A stretch of 63,685 nt of DNA, filler included, from Chiloscyllium plagiosum (lineage: Eukaryota): assembly GCF_004010195.1 (NCBI RefSeq). It is 4 parts of one record of this genome, joined end to end, with 100 filler letters (N's around TTAATTAATTAA, not from the genome) between each part and the next. Parts side by side here need not be neighbours in the genome. Positions count along the whole stretch, not along the records: positions 1 to 29,667 come from NC_057710.1; positions 29,768 to 50,584 come from NC_057710.1; 2 more parts are not named here. One strand, given 5' to 3'. This document shows, piece by piece, positions 24,991-36,779 of the stretch. Below the pieces are notes generated by a model that saw only the letters and a list, made by a program, of their open reading frames with translations, did no database searches and was not told the DNA's origin. The position numbers were made by a program, and so were the translations under genes. Every line of letters begins with the position of its first letter. Positions within the stretch are counted from its first letter, which is position 1.

Positions 24991-26339
24991 ATGTGGTGGG
25001 TAAATGTAATGAAAATGAGTCAAATATGGGGAGGAGTAAGTGAAAAGTGGAACTGGATTCAGTTTCTGGAATCCAGACAATGGGAGTAAATTGTTCCTCC
25101 ATCAGAGATAGTGTTTAAAATCTGGGATTATTAATAAACAATGCTCTGAATCCCTATGAAAAGCTGACTCACATGACACTGAAGCTCTAGAAATGATGTC
25201 AGGGATTTTGACTTAAAACACAAATCATGACCTACATAACTAAGCTGCAAAACAGGACATAACAATGTTTGAAATTAGTGAGCAGAAGACATGACAGCAT
25301 TTTTCTAATGAAAGCTACTTGTTATGCTGAGTTGCCATTAAATCTAAGAGCTGGGATGGAGAGCACAGACATTTACAGCACTCCCTCCAACACAGAACTC
25401 CTTACAATGTGGGGTGGGGTGGGGTCTGGCTTGCAGGACAGATGGGTAGAAGGGGAGAAGATTGAAGATAGTAAGGACTGCAGATGCTGGAAGTCAGAGT
25501 CCATAAAATGTGGAGCTGGAATAGCACAGCAGGTCAGGCAGCATTGGGGAGATTGATGGGTAGGAATGATAATACCATCAAAGTGAAAGGGCTTTAGGGG
25601 TCTCTGCGGTGGAATGTCTGGATAGAAGGTTGCTGTCGCCATTAATGAAAGCCAAAAGAACTCTGAAGCAAATCAGAGTTTCAGGTCAGGTGAGCCTTCC
25701 CCACTGTCACCATTCCACTTTCTTTGAGTGGGTCCATGGTCCTCATTGTTTCCAGTGGTAGATGATCACTGGGAAAACAGTCTGGTGTCTTAACAAGGTT
25801 TATTTTATTGAATGTATGACATGAGTTAGTTCAGTATTGTTCCAAAGATAACTGAGAGGCATGCCTCTGTCCCCTTAAAGATACTGAGCTCTCTCCAGAC
25901 TTCCCCACCTAACACCATATATCATCAAATTAGGTGGAGCTTAATGCAATTTCCAACATTAACCCTTTCAGAATCATTAGCTTAGGTAATGTCTGAAAGG
26001 TGATGATATAAGAAAGCACCAGGGATAATTATGTCAACAATTGTGTTGAGAAGAACTGTATGCCTACATAAAAAGAAACTTCAAATGTATTGTTACATAA
26101 TGAGATATTTCAACATGATAAGCGGCAAAAATATTTTTAATTAGCAATACATGACTTATGACTTTGGATATTCCGCAACTTTGACAAGTACAGTATTTGT
26201 GTGCTAAGAAGCAAGAGACAGGAATAGACATGGGAGGGAAGTTTTTGAAAACAGAACAAGAATTAAATTGCAAATATGTTCCTTTCCCAAACTATTATTA
26301 AAATAGTACGTATATATTTGGAAACCTGTGACCTGAGGA

Positions 26340-27000
26340 AAGCAAGAGATGAAAATGCTGGGAGTTGAGGGAAGTGGGAGAGGGAGGCATTGGCGTGGCT
26401 TCTTGCAGCCATTTTTGCAAGGGGTGGCTTTGTGGTCGAGGTGCTGCTGGCAAAATCTAGGTGCAGACCTGGGTAATTACCAGGCTTTGCTGCACAAGTC
26501 AAGCAGCAACAATGTAAAGGCAAGGTAAGATTCTTTCTCCCCCTCAGCCCAACAGTTGCTAAAAGCAGCAGAGATGGCAATCAATGGACTGGCATGCTCC
26601 TCTTGTCAGATGTGGGCAATTAGGGAGCAGTCCCTGCTGACTATGTGTCTGGCTGCAGCTCCTCTGAGACCACATGGATTTGTTGGAGCAGCAGCTGGAA
26701 AAACTGAGGAGCATAAGGAGGCAGAATGTAATAGGTAGTAACTTCAAAGAGGTGGTCACACCACAGGTACAGGTAGGTACATGGGTGACCATCAGGAGAG
26801 GCAGGCAGGTAGTGCAGGAGACTTCTGTAGCTATCCCCTCTCAAACACATATTCCGTTTTGGTTCCTGTTGGGGGATTGGCCTCTCAATGGAAAGTAGCA
26901 GCAGCAGCCAGGCCTTTAGCACTGTGACCTGCTTTGCTGTAAAGCAGGGTCGGGCAAAGTCCAAGTGAGCAATTGTGATAGGAGACTCTCTTGTAAGGTG
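26340..27000 (+). mobile_element. CR1 5'UTR and ORF1 (Cys motif, coiled coil, SGNH-esterase start)
   Basis: MAINGLACSSCQMW (26574), LLEQQLEKLRSI, AIVIGDSLVR near 26968; frameshifted. Confidence 0.75.
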
Positions 27001-27740
27001 AGCTGTGGGGAAGTTTAAAGGAGATGTGCGAGGAATATATTTTACACAGAGGGTAGTAGGTGCTGGAATGCTCTGCTGGGGAGGTGGTAGAAGCAGATAT
27101 GATCGTGAAGTTTGAGACATTTAGACAGACTCATGAACAGGCAGAGAATAGAGAAATATGGACGATCATGATTGACACAGACATGGTGGATGGAAAAGCC
27201 TGTCCCTGTGTTGTTCTATGTTTTATGTTCCATGTAACTGAGCCAGTAGGCCAATGAATAGCAGTTCCATTTTAATTTGATGACACAAAGCAGGGCAGGA
27301 TTTACAGTTAATGGTAGGGCCTAGACTGACAGAGACTGAGGAGTGCAGGTACTTTGAAAGTGGCATCACAGGTAGACAGGATGGTGAAGGCAGCATTTAG
27401 CACACTTGCCTTCATTGGTCAAAGCATTGAGTGAAGGAATTGGGATACCATGTTACAGCTGTACAAGACAATGGTAAGGCCACATTTGGAATACTGTATA
27501 TAATACCAGCTGCCCTGCTATAGGAAGGATGTTACTGACTTGAAAGTTGCAAAAAAGATTTGTAAAGATGTTACTGACACTAAAGGGATGAGTTACAAGG
27601 ATAGGCTTTACTGGCTGGGCGTTTTCACTGAAGCAGAGGAGTTAAGGGTGACCTTATAGAGGTTTATAAAATAATGAGGGGAACGATAATGTGAATAGCC
27701 AAGGTCTTTTCCTGAGGATGGGAGAGTTCAAAACATGGAG
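27000..27740 (+). mobile_element. CR1 3' fragments
   Basis: AAGTTTAAAGGAGATGTGCGAGG..; GGTGACCTTATAGAGGTTTATAAAATAATG. Confidence 0.7.
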
Positions 27741-27939
27741 GACCGTGCCAGTTTATAGGGGGCACAAATTGTAATAAAGATTGAGGAACTATGAGAGTGG
27801 GTAGATAGGAATAGGGTCGATGGGGTACTAGGGATCGTCAGAGAGACACAGAATCCATCACTAAATCACCCTTTGTTTACACATGAACAGTCCTTGACAT
27901 TTGTACTGCCTCATTCAGAATTAAGTACCAGAGTATCAG

Positions 27940-28118
27940 GAGCAGGTGCAGGAAAAATCAACGTTTCGGGCAAAAGCCCTTCATCAGGAATGAGCAGCAG
28001 GAAAATAGATGTTTCTGGCTCATTCCTGAAGCCAGATGAAGGACTTTTGCCTGAAACATGGATTTTCCTGCTCCTCAGCTGCTGTCTGACCTGCTGTGCT
28101 TTTCCAGCACCACTCTAA
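27940..28118. mobile_element. Palindromic PLE-B fragment with hammerhead (minus strand ~27957-27991)
   Basis: Minus strand ATTC CTGATGA A GGGC TTTT GCCC GAAACGT T GATT; opposing degenerate copy near 28035-28065. Confidence 0.7.
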
Positions 28119-28133
28119 ATCAGTGCACACATG

Positions 28134-29667
28134 TTTTTTTTTTAATTTTATTAAACAAATTACAAAACACAGTTTGCAAAAAAAAACATTTACAGCTGTA
28201 CACAAGAGACAGCAATTTTACAAGGGAGAGGAGCAGCAAAGCTAGGCCCCAAACCCGACCATTCAACTAGTTTACAGGGAGAGGAGGACAAACCTCAAAT
28301 CCCAGTTCCACATATGACAAGACAGTGACAATGACATTTGTACATTAGACAAAACTGTTACATACAAAAGTGCAGACAATACAGACCCAGCAAGCCCCCG
28401 TCCCTCCCACCTTCCAGCCACTCTAAGGCAGCCGGCCCCTAACCACCTTCCAGCTCTCGGTCCACCCCATGCCCCTTGTAGTTCTTGGTCCGCCCTGACA
28501 CACCTTTCGACCACCTCTAGGACAGCCTGCCCGGGGTGACAGCGCTGAGAACGGCTACCCATCTTCTGGCTCTCGGTCTGCCCCTACGTACCATTGGGCA
28601 CTCACCCACCCAGATGCACCATCCAGCCAGTGGGCTAGCCTGGCACACCTTTCGACCACCTTTAGGTCAGCCCGTCCCCTTCCCTGGGACGACAGCGTGC
28701 AGGGTAGCCCACAAGCCTTCCGGATCTCAGCTCACCCCTACGCGCCTTCTGGATCTCGGCTGCTCTGACACCTTTCGACCACCTCTTGGGCAGCCCGTCC
28801 CGATTACCCCTTATCAGGACGACAGCGCTCAGAACGGCCTACCCACCATCTGGCTCTCAGGGCAACTGGCATCAGGGTGGCCTACCCACCCTCTGGCTTT
28901 CAGGACAGCCTACCAACCTTCAGGTTCACAGGATGGCCTACCCACCCTCTGGCTCTCAGGGTGACAGCTTTCAGGACGACCCATGAGCCTCCCAGCTCAC
29001 AGTAAGGCCTGCCAGATCCAAGGACAAAAGATAGTGCAGGCGATAGATCCAACAAACACCACAATACAGTTAATTATCAAAAACAAAAGTCCTTTCTGGT
29101 ACACATTCCAAATATAGAGTCCATTCCCAGGAATGGAGTCCACTCCAGTTTAAGGTGCATTGTCCAAAATGGAGTCCACTCCAAACTGCAGAGTCCACTC
29201 CTGAAGGCAGCAAATGCACACCCCACAGGTGTTCAGTCTCCATGGAGTCCTGGCCCAGCCTTGGAAAACCAGGCCCACTCACAGGAACATAGTACATTGT
29301 ACAGGTGCAGTTAACTCACAGGGGTTTGGTCCACTCCCAAACTCCAGGATACAGCAAGTGCTCACCTCCCAGCACGCGCACACACAGGTGTTCAATCTTC
29401 AGAGGCCCAGTCCCAGGGCTAGGCCTCCCCACAGGAACAGCTCCTCCTCTGGTAAAATGTATGTCTTCCACAAGGGCTCAGTCCAAACACCAATAAAAAG
29501 TGAAGACACATACAAAAAACAAAGGAAACTAAAGTCCAAGGGCTAAGCCCTACCACAAAATTATCATCCTTTTCTCAAAAAAAGGAGTGAAAAGAGTAAC
29601 ACAGGCTGTAACCAGCCAGTGAAACAACAATCCCCTAATGAGAACTGAGTTACACCTGAAACACATT
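28134..29667 (-). mobile_element. Probable long 3'UTR of a poly(A)-tailed retroelement containing internal repeat arrays
   Basis: T10 plus TTTATT at the left end (AATAAA and poly(A) on minus strand); strong strand bias; ends at a gap. Confidence 0.4.
28497..28990. repeat. GC-rich degenerate tandem array
   Basis: CACCTTTCGACCACCT at 28501, 28646, 28769; GGCCTACCCACCCTCTGGCT-like subunit about 5 times. Confidence 0.85.
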
Positions 29668-29767
29668 NNNNNNNNNNNNNNNNNNNNNNNNNNNNNNNNN
29701 NNNNNNNNNNNTTAATTAATTAANNNNNNNNNNNNNNNNNNNNNNNNNNNNNNNNNNNNNNNNNNNN
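29668..29767. other. Scaffold join: 44 N + TTAATTAATTAA + 44 N
   Basis: Identical construct at 50585-50684 and 60738-60837. Confidence 0.95.
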
Positions 29768-29788
29768 GAAGCATCAATTAACAATGTC

Positions 29789-29912
29789 CACCTGATGAAG
29801 GAGTGGCGCTCCGAAAGCTAATGTGCTTCCAATTAAACCTGTTGGACTATAACCTGGTGTTGTGTGATTTTTAACTTTGTACCACCCCAGTCCAACACCT
29901 GCATCTCCAAAT
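29789..29912 (+). mobile_element. Terminal repeat (family D) with hammerhead motif at 29789-29823
   Basis: CAC CTGATGA A GGAGT GGC GCTCC GAA AGCT A ATG: core intact, AGCT palindrome, one stem I mismatch. Confidence 0.65.
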
Positions 29913-30444
29913 TTAAGAGACATGCTGATGTTATATTCACCACATGATGACATGTGGCCTGAGGGTAGGATGCTCTGTTACTACATCTTACCTTGGAGAT
30001 CACTTAAAACTTGAGGATCACCTGGAAGCATGCTGCTTTTTGTAACCTAATACTTGTAAGATAATGTTAGTCCAGACACTGATGTGCCAATCAATGTCGT
30101 CTTTTCATATCATAGCCAGCAGCAATAAATGTCTGTAGAATTCTTCAATGCCAGGTCATCCACATCCAGTTCTTTGTCCAGATAACAGGTGATTCTGACA
30201 TTTTCTTTCTTCAAATCCTTAGCAAAACAGAAAAGACACTTTGCTTGATGTCATCTCTCCTCTTTCAGTGTCAGCACCACTGACAGACAAAATCTTGATA
30301 TGATAAGCCTGGATGCTTTAAAGCAACAGTTTTAAAGGGACCAAGGTAATGGAGTAGCAACAGTGAAAAGCAAATGCATACACATTAATGGGATTCATAG
30401 TAAAGTCTGTGCAGTGACCTTTCAGTGGTACGATCAGGCATTTG

Positions 30445-30895
30445 CCTAACATACGATGAATGGCCGAGGATCCTGGGATTGTTTTCATTAGAGTTTAGAA
30501 GGTTGAGGGGAGATCTAATAGAAACTTACAAGATAATGCATGGCTTAGAAAGGGTGGATGCTGGGAAGTTGTTTCCATTAAGTGGGGAGACTAGGACCTG
30601 GATGCACAGCCTTCGCATTAGAGGGGGTCAATTTTAAAAGGAAATGAGGAGACATTTTTTCAGCCAGAGAGTGGTGAGCCTGTGGGATTCATTGCCACGG
30701 AGCGCAGTGGAGACCGGGACGTTAAAGTCTTCAAGGCAGAGATTGATAAATTCTTGATCTCACAAGGAACTAGGGAGGCGGGGAGAGTGAGGGTAAGTGG
30801 TATTGAAATGCTCATCAGCCATGACTAAATGGCGGAGTGATCTCAATGGGCCGAATGGCCTGACTTGCACTCCTATGTCTTATGGTGTTATGATC
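30445..30895 (+). mobile_element. CR1 3' fragment
   Basis: LGLFSLEFRRLRGDLIETYKIM. Confidence 0.85.
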
Positions 30896-32439
30896 TATGC
30901 TTTCCTTATTGTTAACCTGCTTGTCGGGTTTTTGAGGTTACCGTGACTGTTGCACCTTCTTGACCTCTCCCCTTGCCTGAGGTGTGCTGACCCTCAGGAC
31001 AAACAACCAACAATCTCTAATGACAGAGGAACCCTATGGTCCTTTGGGACTATGGTGATTTTGCCTTCACCTTATAAACATGAATATCATAATATTAAAT
31101 AGGAAGGTTTACATAAATAATAAACATAAATTAGAAATTTTTAAATGACACAGGAACTAGTGTCAACATATTGCCATCATGTACCTCAAAAGGTATGCAC
31201 CTCAGTAAGTAGTATTTCAGTGCACAACCTGTGAGAGACTGTCTCCCAGCAAACAAGGGATCACCAATTCTATGTATTGGCAGAGTCAGCCTGCAGTGCC
31301 AATATGCAAACTCATCTTGGCTTCCTGAAATCTGGGTGGATACCAACTGTCCATCAGTGGTAAGGCTACCAGTGTACTCCCGACCCTAATATCGTCACAA
31401 TTCACCAGATTCAAACCACACTGTGATGCAACAGATCACATGTGATACCATCGAATCAGTTAGCAATCTCCAAGGCTCTGACTTTGATACCAACCAGGCA
31501 CCAGGATGATTACATCTGACACACCGAGCACATTATCCAACCCACATCAAGAGCAAGATAATCTTCTTTATCTACAGGTCAACACCCTAGATTACAAGGT
31601 TGAAGCTGTTCTCGAGGTTTACAAAAATTCTTCCAGCAATTAGAAACTCATTATGAGGATAGATTGAAGAAGTTGGGACTGTTTTTCTGGGAAAGCAGAA
31701 GGCTTGGGCGGATTTTATAGAGGTATTTGAAATTATGAGGGATCTGGACATTGGGAATAAGGAAAAGCTGTTTCCATTTGTAAAAGATTGGGAAGCAGTG
31801 GGAGATAACAGAAGCATCTCTGTATCAGGTAAAACACCTTTAGAGACAAAATTATACCGAGTGGCAGGGACGGAAACTTTGTGGACTGTGGCTGTAAAAG
31901 GGAAAGAGCAGTTTTGAATATTTTAACCAAATGTAGTTCATGAACATTATTATTGTAATTAACACGATTAATTGGATATTTTAATACTGAACAGTTTTAT
32001 TTCATAAAGATTGACATTTATACGTGACCACATCTCAAAGGATCTCACTGACTGTGAATTACATGAAGTACAATGATTGGGTTAAAGTCAAATATACAGT
32101 GACCTTCCCAGTCCATAGAAAATGTGTTTTCAGTGATGGCTTTTAGTACATTACTATGTGTGTCAGTTAATTTTCCAAAATAATTTGTTGCCAACATATG
32201 CCTGTCATTAGGGGACAATTTAAATATTGCGGTGTCTTGAAATTGATAATTTCCTTATGTGTTGTGGCTTTACTTTTAACAGAGCAGTGATGGTTTTCAG
32301 GGATATTGCTGCATTTTTTTTCTGATTCCGCCTCCATCTGTGAGTCCTAATATCCCACATGTCAATGCGATATACATTATTCAGGCTGAATCTGATCAGG
32401 ATCTGTGCAATATGAGCTCTGGCCAGATTTGGTTTGAAT

Positions 32440-32742
32440 TGCAACAGTGAAGAACGTTATGTAATACCACAACAGAATCTTTATCAGATGGGCCAATGGG
32501 CCGAGGAGTGGCAGATGGAGTTTAATTTGCCCAAATGCCAGGTGCTGCATTTTGGTAAGACAACCAAGGGCAGGACTTACACAGTTAATGGTGGGGCCCT
32601 GGATAGTGTTGTCAAACAGAGAGACCTAGGGTTTCAAGTACATAGTTCCTTCAAAGTTGTGTCACAGGTAGACAGGGTGATAAAGAAGGTATTTGGCATG
32701 CTTTGGATGTCATGTTGTGGTTGTACAGAATGTTGGTGAGGC
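32440..32742 (+). mobile_element. CR1 ORF2 fragment
   Basis: WAEEWQMEFN..KCQVLHFG..QRDLG. Confidence 0.85.
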
Positions 32743-34086
32743 AAAAGTGATGACTGCAGATGCTGGAGTTCAGACCCAAGATTAGAGTGGTGCTGGAAAA
32801 GCACAGCAGGTCAGGCAGCATCCGAGGAGCAGGAAAATCAAGGTTTCGGGCAAAAGCCCTTCATCAGGAATGAAGGCAGGGAGCTTCTAGGGTGGAGAGA
32901 TAAATGGGTGGGTGAGGCTGGGGAGAAGGTAGCCAAGAGTACAATAGATGGATGGGGGTGGGGATGAAGGTGATAGGTCAGAGAGGAGGGTGGAGTGGAT
33001 AGGTGGGAAGGGAGATTGGCAGGTAGGACAGGTTATGAGGATGGTGCTGAGCTGGAAGGTTGGAACTGGGGTAAGGTGGTGGGAGGGGAAATGAGGAAAC
33101 TGGTGAAGTCCACATTGATGCCCTGGGGTTGAGGTGTTCCGAGGCGGAAGATGAGGCGTTCTTCCTCCAGGCATCGGGTGGTGAGGGAGCGGCGGTGAGG
33201 AGGCCCAGGACCTACATGTCCTCGGCAGAATGGGAGGGGGAGTTGAAATGTTGGGCCACAGGGCGGTGTGGTTGATTGGCGCGGGTGTCCCGGAGATGTT
33301 CCCTAAAGTGCTCAGCTAGGAGGCGTCTAGTCTCCCCAATGTAGAGGAGACCGCATCAGGAGCAACGGATACAATAAATGACATTGGTGGAAGTGCAGGT
33401 GAAACTATGATGGATGTGGAAGGCTCCTTTGGGACTTTGGATGGAGGTGAGGGGGGAGGTGTGGGCACAGGTTTTGCAATTCCTTCATCTGTCAGCGGAT
33501 GATGCAGTTTATGCGAAGGTTGGGAGGGTGGAAGGTGAGGACCAGAGGGGTTCTGTCCTTGTTGCGGTTGGAGGGGTAGGGTTTGAGGACGGAAGTGCGG
33601 GACATGGATGAGATGTGTTGGAGGTCATCTTTAACTACATGGGAAGGGAAATTGTGGTCTTTTAAGAAGGAGGCCACCTGGTGTGTTCTGTGGTGGAACT
33701 GGTCCTCCTGGGAGCAGATACGGCGGAGGCGGAGGAATTGGGAATATGGGATGGCATTTTTGCAGGAGGTAGGGTGGGAAGAGGTGTAATCCAGGTAGCT
33801 GTGGGAGTCGGTGGGTTTGTAAAAAATGTCGGTGTCAAGTCGGTCGTCACTGATGGAGATGGAGAGGTCCAGGAAGGGAGGGAGGTGTCAGAGATGGTCC
33901 AGGTGAATTTAACCTCCTCGTGGGAGCACGAGGTGGTAGCGATGCAGTCATCAATGTAGCGGAGGAAGAGATGGGGAGTGGTGTTGGTTTCATCAACTTC
34001 ACCAACACTCCGCCCCGATCTTAAATTCACCTGGACCATCTCTGACACCTTCCCCCACCTTCCTAGACCTCTCCATCTCCATCAGT
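32743..34086 (-). mobile_element. Penelope-like element family B (RT C-terminal half, GIY-YIG, terminal repeat), deleted, with 5' inversion
   Basis: LFLRYIDDC, KFTWTISDTSL; YIGETRR at ~33320-33345; terminal repeat 32743-32872; ~33990-34086 inverts ~33848-33910. Confidence 0.88.
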
Positions 34087-34417
34087 GTTTGTTTGTTCTC
34101 TTAATTCAGTCGCTAGCCGGATGCTCCAATCATCCTGACCTTACCTTGCAATGCCTTGCCTGGCCTTTATGCGGTTTTCCCCCTCAGGCAGCGATACCAG
34201 GCTCATGTTACTTTTGTATTGCCCTGCTGTTTAACAGAAATACAAAGCCTGGAAAGCTTGTCATGGCTGCCAGCAGGCCTAAGTAAAGTGAAACAGACCT
34301 GCTCTTGTTCTGGCAATCCAGGTACAATAAGTCAAGGGCAGCCATGTATGGTACAAATGTTAGGAATCACTTAAGGCAGATCTGGACTGACAGTGCTTGT
34401 CCAGGTATACGTCTGGA

Positions 34418-34765
34418 GAGGTGATGGGCTAGTGGTATTATTGTTGGACAATTAATCCAGAGATCTAGGTAACACTCTGGGGACCGAGATTCAAGTCTTG
34501 CCCTGGCAGATGGTGGAATTTGAATTCAATAAAAATCTGGAATTATGAGTCTAATGATGACCATGAATCCATTGTTGATTATCAGAAAAACCTATCTGGT
34601 TCACTAATGACCTTTAAGGAAGGAAACTGCTGTACCTACCTGGTCTGTGATTTCCAACCCACAACAATGTGGTTATTTCTTAACAGGCCTCTGGGCAATT
34701 AGGGATGGGCAATAAAAGCTGGCTTAGCCACCGATGCCCACATCCCATGAACAATTTTTTTTAAA
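34418..34765 (+). mobile_element. SacSINE1-like Deu-domain SINE
   Basis: tRNA-like head, CTGGTTCACTAATGACCTTTAAGGAAGGAAA Deu-like core, CR1-like tail GGGCAATTAGGGATGGGCAATAAA. Confidence 0.75.
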
Positions 34766-36089
34766 ACTGTCTTTTATAGAAGGTGAGGTGCAGGAGATGC
34801 ATTTCGCAGATACCCGCTGAGTGTTTTTTAGTTTAGTTTAGTTATTACGGAAATATAAGTTTATCGAGTGACTGATTTTACCTGATCCATGACTGTGGGA
34901 TAAAGCCTTTCACTTCAAACTGAATGTTGTCCCAGCTTAATGGATCACCTTAGGAGGTTAACTCCTGACAATGTGAACATTGGGGGCTATGCCCTCCTTT
35001 GAACAGGATGAGGTAAATTCAATCATCAAAGTTAGAACTTCAAACCAACTAAGGGTACAATGACACTGTTCAACTCAAGAAGCTATGAACAGCAGGCCTA
35101 AGTCTTAAACAGTGGTGCTGATCATCGAGCTAAGGAACAACTTAGTTTCCTGAAGTTAAGATAAATGTGCAAAATTAATAGACAGGAAAAGACCAAACGG
35201 CTGACCTTGCCTGGAGCAAAGTTTCTAGACTCTCCTCACCACCATCCCTCCCTGACATAGCCTTCCAACCCAAAGCTGAACCCAAATGAAAGTGCAAAGG
35301 TCAATAAGTTCAGCGAAAAACACTCTGGGAAATGATTTTCTGATCAGGCCTCCATCCCCCACCTCGCCCAGCCCTGCAGACAACTGATAGCAATTCCAGA
35401 AGATCCCTTCAACCTGAGGCCAGGTCCACATTAGGGTTTTACGTTCAACAATAATCTAATGTCTCCGAAGAACAAATACATAAGAATGTAAACGAGCACA
35501 GAATGAGAAAAGACTTTGGTTTATAAAGTTTATTCCCTTCTAACTTCATCTGCATTATTATGGACTCCTCCCATTACATCTTCTGAGAGGAGAAAGCATT
35601 CCGTCAAAACTCCAAAAGTCCCTATTATTCAACCGTGGTCTGCAGCTCACCACAGACTAAAGCCCTCTCTCCACCAGTGCACAGCAACCATTGTATTCTT
35701 TGGCAAAGAAACCTAATAGAAAGCAGATGTGACTTCCATGTACACTGCACAGTAAACGCAATTAAAATATTGTGTTAAGATATTTCAATGTTGGAAAATA
35801 CTTCACTTTTGTAATACGGAGGAATGTGTTGCAACAGGTTAGGCTGTCTGGTTCTGATCCCTGAAACACAAAAATAGTACTCATGCCCCAAAGAAGAGTC
35901 ACAGGGTTAATCTCCAGTGTTACTGAGACTGAGTTTGAAAAATACCAAAAACTGAGAGTTTGAGAGGTCCTTACACATCAAATTATTATAAAGTGCCGAG
36001 TACACAAGTGGCAAATATCCCCATTTCAAAATCTCTCCCCAATCACCTTAACATATATTTCTATTCCTTCATTGTTGCTTAGTTATGCA

Positions 36090-36625
36090 GGAGATGTAAT
36101 GGCCCTATGGTATTATCACTGGACTATTAATCCAGAGAGCGCGGTAATGTCCTGGGGATTATACCATGGCAGGTGGTGGAATTTAAATCAATAAAAAGAG
36201 GAAAAAAAAGCTGGAATTAAAAGGCTAATAATGATTGTCAGGAAAACCCCATCTGGTTCATTAATGTCCTTTAGGGAAGGAAACTGCCAGCCTTACTTTA
36301 TCTGATCGACATGTGACTCCAGATTCCTCTGGGCAATTAAGTATGGGCAATAAATCTGGCCTAGATTAGAGTGGTGCTAGAAAAGCACAGCAGGTTAGGC
36401 AGCATCTGAGGAGCAGGAAAATCGACATTTCGGGCAAAAGCCCTTTATCAGGAATGGCTTTTGCCGGAAACGTTGATTTTCCTGTTCCTCGGATGCTGCC
36501 TGACCTGCTGTGCTTTTCCAGCACCACTCTAATCTAGACTCTGATCTCCAGCATCTGCAGTCATCACTTTCGCCTAATAAATCTGGCCTAGCTAGCGATG
36601 CCCTCATTCCATGAATGAATAAAAC
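36090..36625 (+). mobile_element. SacSINE1-like SINE interrupted by PLE-B palindrome
   Basis: Homologous to 34418-34765. Confidence 0.75.
36365..36575. mobile_element. Palindromic non-autonomous PLE-B insertion, 16-bp TSD
   Basis: AATAAATCTGGCCTAG at 36349-36364 and 36576-36591; ~75-bp inverted arms. Confidence 0.88.
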
Positions 36626-36779
36626 AAAATTCCTCTAATGATGACAGGAGGTCACTGAATCATATAATTACAGAATCCCTTCAGTACAGATAGACACCAT
36701 TTGGCCCAATGAGTCTGCACCAACCATCTGAAGAGCATCCCACCCTAGCTCACTCTTCCACCATATCCCGTAACTTGGC

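Noticed and set aside
28497..28790. Repeat-spacer pattern resembling CRISPR, and CGAAA on the minus strand suggesting a hammerhead
   Set aside because: Vertebrate context, no cas genes, spacers long and inter-related; no properly placed CTGANGA with stem II.
29712..29723. TTAATTAATTAA palindrome, also at 50629 and 60782
   Set aside because: Always centred in 44 N + 44 N; an artificial six-frame-stop linker at scaffold joins. Adjacency across these joins is not guaranteed.
30125..30250. Protein-like minus-strand peptide FAKDLKKENVRITCYLDKELDVDDLALKNS
   Set aside because: Short, unidentified and without convincing splice sites; cannot be called an exon.
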